Positions 36,581 through 44,366 of a DNA stretch of 59,546 nucleotides are shown piece after piece. The notes under the pieces were generated by a model. That model was not told the origin of the DNA and did not search any database. It worked only from the letters and a program-made list of their open reading frames with translations. The translations under genes were made by a program, and so were the position numbers. Source of the DNA: a virus (lineage: Duplodnaviria; Caudoviricetes); IMG/VR virus record IMGVR_UViG_3300042452_000420, positions 1 to 59,546 of that record, one strand, 5' to 3'. Every line of letters begins with the position of its first letter. Within the stretch, counting starts at the first letter, position 1.

Positions 36581-36861
36581 GCCTTGCTCAACTCCAACTT
36601 GTGCTTGCTAGCGTGGGCCGAGAGTTGCACCTGGGCGGTGCGGATCCAGTCGATAGCGTCCGCATAGCAACGCATGGTATCGGGGTAATCTTCCCAGCAT
36701 CCGCCGGGGATGGGCTTACGCAACTCCATGGACAGCAGATACAGGCCCCACCACACCAAGCACGCCTGCGAGGGTGTGTAGGAGAACTCTGCGGAGTTGG
36801 CTCGCGTATCGGCATCCGCATGCTGCCGCACCACATGACGAATGTTGTACTCTCGGCTCAT
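36577..36861 (-). CDS. Hypothetical early protein
   Basis: GGAG SD; coupled. Confidence 0.55.
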   Translation of the reverse strand: MSREYNIRHVVRQHADADTRANSAEFSYTPSQACLVWWGLYLLSMELRKPIPGGCWEDYPDTMRCYADAIDWIRTAQVQLSAHASKHKLELSKA

Positions 36862-36947
36862 CTCAATTCTCCGTACGCACTAGGTAACACTTATGTCCAT
36901 GGAGCGAACGCCAAGTCCGCATCCATTCTTCCGCCTCCCATCGGTTA

Positions 36948-37118
36948 TCAAACGTCGCAATGATCCTCTTCCGTGTCCGTACTGCCCACATAGCACTCGT
37001 CCTCCAATGACGGGTCAAACGTGTAAACAATCCCACAATCCCGGCATCTCGCATGACCTACGTCACCGAGAACACCGGCAAACGACACCTCGCAACAGTC
37101 ACAGACGGGGCATTGCAT
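36948..37118 (-). CDS. Zn-ribbon protein
   Basis: CPVC...CRDCG; AGGAGGT SD. Confidence 0.6.
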   Translation of the reverse strand: MQCPVCDCCEVSFAGVLGDVGHARCRDCGIVYTFDPSLEDECYVGSTDTEEDHCDV

Positions 37119-37129
37119 TCCGCACCTCC

Positions 37130-37552
37130 TTAGTCCCACCAGTACCGAACACACCGAGACGATTGCAGGAACACCTCGTCTCGCTCATCCGCCAGCACCC
37201 GCTTGGCAGTCGGAAGTTTCGCCTTGCACCCATATGGCAACTTCACATACAGGCAGACGCTGCCCTCTCGGGCTATGCGAATCAGCGCCTCCTCGGGGAG
37301 CCGGCCGATCACGCTCGGGGCAAAGTCGTTGTAGCCCTTCACCCACTGTTCCATGATCCACTGAGCGTCATCCCGCGGCAGCCAGCGGGACGCGAAGAAC
37401 TCCAGATTTCGCCGCTGTTCCATCGCCTCCCAGGCAGGGACATCAATGTATGGTGCGGATACTTTTGGGTGATAGTCCCAGCAATCCGCGTACGCTTCGG
37501 CCACCTCCTTCGATACCGTGGTCATGTGTACCGACTGTTCAACTGTTGGCAT
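37130..37552 (-). CDS. Hypothetical early protein
   Basis: MPTVEQ; YNDF...AREGSVCLYV...WWD; AGGAGG SD. Confidence 0.7.
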   Translation of the reverse strand: MPTVEQSVHMTTVSKEVAEAYADCWDYHPKVSAPYIDVPAWEAMEQRRNLEFFASRWLPRDDAQWIMEQWVKGYNDFAPSVIGRLPEEALIRIAREGSVCLYVKLPYGCKAKLPTAKRVLADERDEVFLQSSRCVRYWWD

Positions 37553-37817
37553 GTGTCGCCTCCTTTTGTCGCTGCTCCCATTCGTACGGGAAGACGGGCA
37601 CCCATGCCCATCTCCCATCGTCCATCGCACCACCGAAGAACCGATCCGCATCCCAGCCCAGCTTTTCGCAGAGCCGCTTGCACGCCTCCCGATGGTTGGC
37701 TTCGCTGTCTAGCTCGCTAGCCCATGGCACTGTGACCATATGGCCGTTGGCCGTAGCCCGAACACATGAGCCGCGTGTATTCGTCGGCCCGTGATACTTG
37801 CTGGTGATTGCCACCAT
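37539..37817 (-). CDS. Conserved phage early protein
   Basis: AITSKYHGPTNTRGS...NHREAC..L..KLGW. Confidence 0.75.
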   Translation of the reverse strand: MVAITSKYHGPTNTRGSCVRATANGHMVTVPWASELDSEANHREACKRLCEKLGWDADRFFGGAMDDGRWAWVPVFPYEWEQRQKEATHANS

Positions 37818-37818
37818 G

Positions 37819-38028
37819 TCACACCTCCCCGTGAAAGATTCTGCAATCGATCATCTCATAGTCGTAATAAAACGTGCCGTCTGGCCGCGTCACCCTGCAT
37901 ATGCGGTCCACGTACACCATTTTCCGCTGATGCTCGGGGCTGAATCCCTCCACACCAACTGTTTGCTCCGTGCGAATGAACCGCCAGACGTTACCGTTGG
38001 AGGCAGTCCATGTTGCAGGCTCGCCCAT
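37819..38028 (-). CDS. Hypothetical early protein
   Basis: GAGGAG SD. Confidence 0.55.
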   Translation of the reverse strand: MGEPATWTASNGNVWRFIRTEQTVGVEGFSPEHQRKMVYVDRICRVTRPDGTFYYDYEMIDCRIFHGEV

Positions 38029-38029
38029 G

Positions 38030-38206
38030 TCACTCCTCGTACTTGTAAAAGCCACAGGTATTGCCGTTTGAATCAGCGAGCCGGCCTTCCTGGCTGCCGT
38101 CCTTTTCCACGGCCCGCACGACCTTCCGCAGGATGTTCGCCACCTCACAGGCAGGGTCATCCTCAAAGGCTGCGTTGTCGCAGTCGATTTCAACCAAGAA
38201 TCTCAT
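38030..38206 (-). CDS. Conserved small phage protein
   Basis: IDCDNAAFED..EVANILR...LADSNGN. Confidence 0.7.
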   Translation of the reverse strand: MRFLVEIDCDNAAFEDDPACEVANILRKVVRAVEKDGSQEGRLADSNGNTCGFYKYEE

Positions 38207-38399
38207 CGTCAACCTCCCCATTGCATCCACCCGCCACGGTTTCCCATCGCCCCGTGTCCGGTTGATATTGTTCGACCGTTACGCCGCCAGCCACGCGGCA
38301 CACCCACACCCGCACGTTGCCGGTGTCCACCTTGCAGCTACAACACTGCCCGGTGCGAAGGGTTGGCATTTCACGCAAGGCATCAGCATTCCAACGCAT
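38190..38399 (-). CDS. Hypothetical early protein
   Basis: AGGAGG SD. Confidence 0.6.
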   Translation of the reverse strand: MRWNADALREMPTLRTGQCCSCKVDTGNVRVWVCRVAGGVTVEQYQPDTGRWETVAGGCNGEVDDEILG

Positions 38400-38400
38400 G

Positions 38401-38625
38401 TCAAACCTCCTGATGGCAGTGTTTCGCCAAGAATTGCGTCAGGCTCGGCAGAGACTCAGGAACTAGACGCACCCCGATGCCTGTCTGCTGCCCGATCACG
38501 CCGTGCGTTCCGGCATCCACGCGAATGCTCACGGAACCGTCATCCATCACAAGGAACCGTGTTTCGTAACACCCTCCCTTGTGGAACCAGATCGGCTTGC
38601 CTTCAACCTCGCCCCATTCGGCCAT
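38401..38625 (-). CDS. Hypothetical early protein
   Basis: GAGGT SD. Confidence 0.6.
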   Translation of the reverse strand: MAEWGEVEGKPIWFHKGGCYETRFLVMDDGSVSIRVDAGTHGVIGQQTGIGVRLVPESLPSLTQFLAKHCHQEV

Positions 38626-38633
38626 GTCACACC

Positions 38634-39446
38634 TCACGCCTGAAGGATGGGCAGATGTGCAATGGCAGACATAATCGCCTTGCCACCATGCCCGGGAATG
38701 TAAACGTCCACTAACGACAGGCCCGCCTTGCGAGTACCAGCACCGTCGCATAGACGGCACTGCTCACAAGTGAGCCGCTTGCCAGCCTCTAGGGAGGCAG
38801 GGCACAGAATCTCACTGTCAGCAGGCTCGCCTCCACGCATGGTGCGGAAGGTACGCCAGCCTAGATGCTTGGCATGCTCACGGGACCACGGGCCAGTAAG
38901 ACCATGGACGGATGCCATGAGATACTGCCGATAGCCCGAATACTGTACCTTTGACCACTGGTGAGTATACCCCGTCCAGCCAGCGGAAATACTGGCCAGA
39001 TGGTGCATAAGCTCCAGGGGGATCAGCACCGGCTCGCCGTATGTACCGAACCGGATCTTGCGACCCCGAATGAACTGGTCATGGTCAATGGCGGAATACT
39101 CCACGTATCGACCACGCCTGAACGCACTGTAGACCATGGCAGGGCCCTGGCCTACGTTGACATAACACGCACGGAACTTTCGCTTGCCGCGCTTGCGGAC
39201 GAAAACTCCTTGCAGCGGGCAGGCAGTATCACCCGCACCGCAGATGGCCGAATCGCCACCTGTACGCACCGCCTGTACGGGATGCACATGCGACCTAATG
39301 ATGTAGGTCTGGAGCATACCGCCGGTCTTAACATTGCCAGACTTCCCGAGTGGCATGATCACCACATACGGGGAGCCGTCAAAGTCAGACCGGCCCCGGT
39401 GCAGAATGACACCGAGCGGACGGACGGTGCGTGATCTTGTGACCAT
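38634..39446 (-). CDS. Cys-rich conserved phage protein (gene-88-like, possibly Fe-S binding)
   Basis: NVKTG, ICG....CP, CYV, RFG.YGEP, GYTHQW, LMAS, CPAS, CEQCRLC, HG. Confidence 0.75.
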   Translation of the reverse strand: MVTRSRTVRPLGVILHRGRSDFDGSPYVVIMPLGKSGNVKTGGMLQTYIIRSHVHPVQAVRTGGDSAICGAGDTACPLQGVFVRKRGKRKFRACYVNVGQGPAMVYSAFRRGRYVEYSAIDHDQFIRGRKIRFGTYGEPVLIPLELMHHLASISAGWTGYTHQWSKVQYSGYRQYLMASVHGLTGPWSREHAKHLGWRTFRTMRGGEPADSEILCPASLEAGKRLTCEQCRLCDGAGTRKAGLSLVDVYIPGHGGKAIMSAIAHLPILQA

Positions 39447-39478
39447 ACGCACCTCCATGAATGGCTACCGAACGGCAG

Positions 39479-39663
39479 CCGAATAGCCCGCCATGCTGTG
39501 GCCGATCACGCAACCCGGCAAACCTCACCATTTGCCGGCCTTTGAGATCGGATTAGTGCATGCCGCTGTTGACATGCCCACGCCGATGCAGGCGGTTGTT
39601 GCGTGTTGCTTTTAGGCCGCATGCAGCCCCAGCACCACAGTCAGCCCATGGCGGGCTATTCGG
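39479..39663 (-). ncRNA. Candidate structured RNA / inverted-repeat element in the early operon
   Basis: Perfect 17-bp terminal stem (39479-95/39647-63) enclosing several hairpins; intergenic; strand inferred from operon. Confidence 0.55.
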
Positions 39664-39744
39664 ACACCGTAGAAACGGCAACCGAACCCGGACAGCGACA
39701 CGGAATAACCCATAAGGGCTGCCACTGCCCGGGATCGAATCCCG

Positions 39745-40086
39745 TTAACTGAGCGCACGCTGCCATGCATTAGCGGCCCGCGAGCCGCCGCACAGCACAA
39801 TGGCCAGCGTGTCTAACTGATCGCGGAGCGTTTCATCCGCAAACCACGGCCAGCCATACAGGCTGCCCCCAGAGCGGTGAAACTTCACCAGCGACCACAA
39901 CAATCCAGCGGCATCGTCAGAGGGCTTAGAAGCCCGCCAGCCGCCCGTCCTAGTGTTGAGACACCCTGAGACTGCCCGAACGGCCAATTCATCAGACGGC
40001 ACAGCAACATTGCCAGCCGCCCGAAGTTTGGCCAAGGGTTCAGCCAAGGCTGCCATCACCACTAGGGAGTGATCCACTTTCGACAT
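39745..40086 (-). CDS. First gene of the early operon, hypothetical
   Basis: GGAGG SD; 113 aa. Confidence 0.65.
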   Translation of the reverse strand: MSKVDHSLVVMAALAEPLAKLRAAGNVAVPSDELAVRAVSGCLNTRTGGWRASKPSDDAAGLLWSLVKFHRSGGSLYGWPWFADETLRDQLDTLAIVLCGGSRAANAWQRALS

Positions 40087-40149
40087 GGAACCTCCATTGG
40101 CTGCCCGCATGCGCAGGAGTAATACGTTTCCTCCTGTCAGAAAATCGTC

Positions 40150-40311
40150 GCAACATAACTGGCGGGAAGGTACACACGGGCAGGAAAAATATCCTGACCG
40201 CATGACACATCACACGCCAAGCCTGTGGCGACGATCCATGCCGAAAAATCCATCCCGGCCGGATTGAACCGGGCCGGATTGAATTGGCAACATATATGGC
40301 GGGAAGGTACA
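40150..40311. repeat. 25-bp direct repeat (23/25 identical), candidate operator/promoter pair
   Basis: GCAACATAnnTGGCGGGAAGGTACA at 40150-74 and 40287-311; tandem GGCCGGATTGAA between them. Confidence 0.75.
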
Positions 40312-40339
40312 AACGCCAAAAATATTTTTCAGTGGGCTA

Positions 40340-40368
40340 TTGACACTGGACGAAAAGACAACTAGACT
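40340..40368 (+). promoter_or_regulatory. Sigma70 promoter
   Basis: TTGACA-17-TAGACT with AT-rich UP-like tract upstream. Confidence 0.75.
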
Positions 40369-40417
40369 ACAACGCGACGGGCTGAAACCCGTCAAACCAT
40401 TAGAGGAGTATGGGACA

Positions 40418-41269
40418 ATGGCAACGAAAAAGCATCTCGCCGGTATCCGGCATCGTTTGTTCGGTCTGATTGTTACCAACCCCGCGCCGGGGACGGTATT
40501 CAATCCACGGGACTATCTGGCAGACCCGGGCCGGTTCCGCGATTGTATGGCATGGTGGAAGTACAAAGCAGCCCGGGCGGGGGTTGGGGATGGATTGCCG
40601 CGAGACTTGCGCGAGGCGAGGCTAGAACAGGCCGCGCAGGATACGCTCTCGGTGTTTTTGGATCGCGACTATGGCAAGGCGAAAATAACAGCCGACGAGC
40701 CTACGCGGGCAGTAATGGGCGCAGCCGCTTATATGCGGCGAGCGTACTACATTCTGCCGCAAGTAGGCGACCAACCCCGCCGCCGGGATAGCCGCAAGTG
40801 GTACCCCTACAATCGGGCATTGAATGCCGGAACCCCCAACCCGTCGCGGATTGTCGCAGCCAGTTTTAACGCGACGGAAGACAGGGCCGCGCTCATGGGG
40901 GAGCATGACGACGCCCCGGGCGATACTGTCGCAGTGGCGGGAGGGGAAGGTAGGCCACGGACGGACGGAAAAATGGTACCCACCATGACGATCCTGCGCC
41001 AGTGGGTGGAACGTAGGGGGGAAGAGTTGGAAGAGATGGCGGAGGTGGAAACGGGTTGGCGGATGGATCGTCGGTTTGGCAAGGCGCAGGAGTACCCCGC
41101 GTGCATTGTAACGGACGGGAAGCCGCAACCCCGCCGCCGATACACTCCGGCCGCGCCCGGGCCGATGGTACGCGGCCGGGATAGTGGGGAGCGATCCATG
41201 CTCACCACTATCCATCCCAACCCGGAAGCGTACCGGGCGGAGTTGGCGGAATACTACGCGGGGAAGTAG
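40418..41269 (+). CDS. Stand-alone hypothetical protein (possible regulator)
   Basis: Own promoter, GAGGAG SD and terminator; start ATG 40409 or 40418. Confidence 0.7.
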   Translation: MATKKHLAGIRHRLFGLIVTNPAPGTVFNPRDYLADPGRFRDCMAWWKYKAARAGVGDGLPRDLREARLEQAAQDTLSVFLDRDYGKAKITADEPTRAVMGAAAYMRRAYYILPQVGDQPRRRDSRKWYPYNRALNAGTPNPSRIVAASFNATEDRAALMGEHDDAPGDTVAVAGGEGRPRTDGKMVPTMTILRQWVERRGEELEEMAEVETGWRMDRRFGKAQEYPACIVTDGKPQPRRRYTPAAPGPMVRGRDSGERSMLTTIHPNPEAYRAELAEYYAGK

Positions 41270-41299
41270 ACTAGCGTACACTTCACAAGCGTACACTAT

Positions 41300-41333
41300 A
41301 GCCCCGCCCCTCTAATCGGGGGGCGGGGTTTTT
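41300..41333 (+). terminator. Intrinsic terminator
   Basis: GCCCCGCCCC...GGGGCGGGGT stem followed by T run. Confidence 0.8.
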
Positions 41334-41742
41334 CATGCGCCGGGCGGAGAGTGTACGTGTGGACAGTAGGGTACAAATGAACGGGAGGGGGGACGATGCA
41401 TCGAAATTTCTCCGGAGTCAAAAAACTGGAGAATTGATCTTGCAATTGTGTTGCATTTGGAATTGCTTGCCTAGCCGAAAGCGTAACCCGTTGCAGCGTA
41501 GGGGGTTGCGGCATGGCTGGGAAGCCTATCGGCACGCACGACCCCTCCCCCATCCCCCCCCGGCGCGTCAGCGTATTCTTGTCATACCCACCCCGGGATT
41601 TTTTGTCCCCTTCGGGCGTCAGCTTTTTCTCCCGCGTTTCCCGCCGGTTTCGTCACGCCGCAACCGCGTGCCGTTTTGGACAACTCGCCCTCCGCCCCTA
41701 GTTTCCAGCCCAGCGGACACTTGCCTGTTAGAAGGAATCGTC

Positions 41743-42069
41743 ATGGCCTGCTGCAACTGCTGCTGCGAAAAACTGGACAAGCACTGCTGTGATGGTGCGT
41801 GCCAGGATAGCCCGTGCGATGGGTGCGAGGGCGCTGGAGACTGCGGCGAGGGCGAATACTGCTGCGGTGGGCAATGCGTCCCACAATCGGAACTGGTAGC
41901 CATAGCCACACCCGGCGGAGATTGCGGCGATCCGAGCCCATGCCAGCCTGACGAGACATGCTGTCCTACCGGGTGTTGCCCGGAAACTAATTGGTGGTGC
42001 TGCATTGACGCCAGTCAGTTCTGCGCGGCAACTCCGTGTGACTGCCCGCGAGTAAACCCACTGCCATGA
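41743..42069 (+). CDS. Extremely Cys-rich protein
   Basis: 25 Cys in 108 aa; AAGGA SD; ATGA-coupled to the next gene. Confidence 0.7.
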   Translation: MACCNCCCEKLDKHCCDGACQDSPCDGCEGAGDCGEGEYCCGGQCVPQSELVAIATPGGDCGDPSPCQPDETCCPTGCCPETNWWCCIDASQFCAATPCDCPRVNPLP

Positions 42070-42527
42070 TTACCACACGCCTCCAAAACTTGGCCGACAG
42101 ATGCAAAGAGCGCGGCTACACGCTGGCAGAAGTTATGCCGTGTGTTGTCCGGCGTGATGGCAACAGGATTACAGTCGATGAAACGCACCCGGCGTATCCG
42201 CGAGAGTCCAAACCGGGATTTGAAACCGCCCCCCCCAAGCCCCGCCCCCCCAAAGTCGAAGAAGTCGGTCACGGTCCAGGCACGGAATTGAAGGCCCTCC
42301 TGAAGAAAGTCGGTATCGTCGCCTCTCCCAGTTGTTCATGTAACACCCGCGCCAAGCTCATGGATGCCAATGAGTTAGAGGAACCCGGGTGGTGCGAGAA
42401 GAACCTGGAGACGATCTGCGACTGGCTCCAGGAAGAGGCGACGAAAAGGAAACTCCCCTTCGTCCGCATGGCTGCCAAGATTCTTGTCCGGCAGGCCATT
42501 CGCAATGCCCGCAAAAAGGGACAGTGA
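42066..42527 (+). CDS. Conserved phage protein with CxC motif
   Basis: GPGTELK...CSCN.RA..M...WL.EEA.KR.LPF. Confidence 0.75.
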   Translation: MITTRLQNLADRCKERGYTLAEVMPCVVRRDGNRITVDETHPAYPRESKPGFETAPPKPRPPKVEEVGHGPGTELKALLKKVGIVASPSCSCNTRAKLMDANELEEPGWCEKNLETICDWLQEEATKRKLPFVRMAAKILVRQAIRNARKKGQ

Positions 42528-42544
42528 TCTCTTAGGAGAACCAC

Positions 42545-42985
42545 ATGGCCTTTGACTTACTGGGCGAGGCGGATCTGGCGGATGTCCAAGGCTTCGATCT
42601 CTTGGAGGAGATGCGCAAGCGCGGTGGGGCCAACCTTGGTCGCGCCACTTCACCGGAGGCCCAAGCCCAGCAACTCGCCGCCCGACAGCGGCAGATCCAA
42701 GAACGCGCCCAGGCCCAGCAGGACGCCCGCCGTACACAAACCTTTGCAACAGGAAATTCCATGATGAACCACGGCGCCTCAGGCGCTTACCACGCTGCGA
42801 TGGGCTCTGCACAACAGGGCAAGGCCCTTGGCGACATGATCTCCCAGACCATGTCTGCGCACCAGGACGAGAACGACTCCCGTGTCGCCCAACTCCGAGA
42901 ACTACGCCGCATGGAGCATGAGAAGGAACTGAAGCGCATGGAGTTGGATGCTCTCCTGGCCCGCATCGATGCAGCACGGAGGTAA
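42545..42985 (+). CDS. Hypothetical helical protein
   Basis: AGGAG SD; preceded by late motif. Confidence 0.7.
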   Translation: MAFDLLGEADLADVQGFDLLEEMRKRGGANLGRATSPEAQAQQLAARQRQIQERAQAQQDARRTQTFATGNSMMNHGASGAYHAAMGSAQQGKALGDMISQTMSAHQDENDSRVAQLRELRRMEHEKELKRMELDALLARIDAARR

Positions 42986-43021
42986 CGATGTTCGACTTTC
43001 TCTTTGACGACGACTGGGACG

Positions 43022-43177
43022 ATGGACCCTGAAGGCGACAAGATCCGCAAACTCCGCAAGGGTCTGTGGGCCAACGTCCACGCCAAGCGTGAACGCGGCG
43101 AAGCTCCCGCCAAGCCGGGTGACAAGGACTACCCAGATCCCAAGCAGTGGAGGAAGTTGAGTGGACAGCGAGGGTGA
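43022..43177 (+). CDS. 51-aa basic protein (GLWANVHAKR), below ORF-track cutoff
   Basis: MDPEGDKIRKLRKGLWANVHAKRERGEAPAKPGDKDYP... Confidence 0.65.
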   Translation: MDPEGDKIRKLRKGLWANVHAKRERGEAPAKPGDKDYPDPKQWRKLSGQRG

Positions 43178-43433
43178 CAAGATCCGGAAGCTGATTCCGA
43201 ATCGTCCCGTCAGGGATGTCCAGGGCGGCAAGAAGTTCGTCGTCCGCGCCAAGGTCGGTGACGAGGAGCGACTGGTCCGTTTCGGGGATGCGTCCATGGA
43301 ACACTACAAGGACGGCTCCGGGGGCGGTCATGGAGACGAGGGCCGAAGAGAAAACTTCAAAGCCCGCCACAACTGCTCCGAGAAGACCGACAAGCTGAAG
43401 CCGGGTTATTGGTCATGCAACTGGTCATGGTGA
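43161..43433 (+). CDS. Conserved small basic viral protein (RFGD...FKARH.C...GYWSC)
   Basis: KKFVV...LVRFGD.SM...RRENFKARHNC...GYWSCNW; GGAGG SD. Confidence 0.8.
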   Translation: MDSEGDKIRKLIPNRPVRDVQGGKKFVVRAKVGDEERLVRFGDASMEHYKDGSGGGHGDEGRRENFKARHNCSEKTDKLKPGYWSCNWSW

Positions 43434-43439
43434 GCGCTG

Positions 43440-44366
43440 ATGGGCCCTGACCAGATTGCGGACGAGATCCGCCAACTCCTCCGGGACGCCAAAGACACCG
43501 ACTATGAGATGCCCGGCATGGTGTCTCTTGCAGTCAATCATCCCGGCATTCTGGCGTATCAGGTCAAAACCCAACCGCACTACCAGCAGGACATGCGGAG
43601 AGGAAAGTTCCTGGACGGCGTGGAGGATATGAAGTCCCGCAACGACCGCTACATGCGAGTCACCGGAGATCAGTCCGCTCACGTATTCACTGAAGGCATG
43701 GGGCGATCCGGTATCCCCTTCCTGGAAGAAGCGGTCGGCAAGCAGAAGTCCCTGAAGTCACCCTACTGGAATCGCGGCGTCTTGGCATTCGGTCAGCCAC
43801 TTCGCGCAGGAACTGACTACATGCAGGCTTTCGCATCCACCAACATGAATGCCGGCCGGATGCTTGGCGGAGACGAGAAGGCTGCTGACGACCTATCGGA
43901 TTCTGCCAACCGCCTGCTTCTGGGGCTTCCCAGGGCGCTGTCTGGCGAGAAGGATCCGATGCAGTATGCGTGGGAGGCGGAGCGCAAGGCGGAAGAGGAT
44001 CGCCCTGTGGGGGATCTGACATTCGCTATCGACGCCCTGGATCGCCCGCGAGCGTCGATGGCCATGTCCTCATTGCCCTATGAGATGACCGCCCGTCGCG
44101 GAATGACCGATGGCGGTGATATGGCGTTCCCAATCTTTGGCGACGGCCTGGGGGGCAAGGTCGCTGCAATGGCAATCGATGCAGTTACTGACCCTCTCAG
44201 TGAAGGCCCGCATGCAATCCGCGCTCTTCTGCAAGGACGCAGACTTGCGGCCGGCGGTCACATGCTTGGCGAGACTGCATTACCAGGAGCATTCATGGGG
44301 ATCAGCGAAGCCATGCGAGCAAAAGCCGAAGAAACCGCTCGCCGCCTGAATGAGGAGTTGCGCTAA
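43440..44366 (+). CDS. Hypothetical (putative virion) protein
   Basis: 308 aa; in late operon. Confidence 0.7.
   Translation: MGPDQIADEIRQLLRDAKDTDYEMPGMVSLAVNHPGILAYQVKTQPHYQQDMRRGKFLDGVEDMKSRNDRYMRVTGDQSAHVFTEGMGRSGIPFLEEAVGKQKSLKSPYWNRGVLAFGQPLRAGTDYMQAFASTNMNAGRMLGGDEKAADDLSDSANRLLLGLPRALSGEKDPMQYAWEAERKAEEDRPVGDLTFAIDALDRPRASMAMSSLPYEMTARRGMTDGGDMAFPIFGDGLGGKVAAMAIDAVTDPLSEGPHAIRALLQGRRLAAGGHMLGETALPGAFMGISEAMRAKAEETARRLNEELR

Noticed and set aside
39479-39663. Retron or DGR
   Set aside because: No reverse transcriptase (YxDD) ORF recognised and no template/variable repeat pair differing at adenines
39716-39744. tRNA suggested by a GGGATTCGATCCC hairpin on the - strand
   Set aside because: Isolated T-arm-like hairpin directly after a stop codon; no cloverleaf
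41335-41742. N-terminal extension of the Cys-rich ORF
   Set aside because: Low-complexity, non-coding-like sequence; SD and late motif point to ATG 41743
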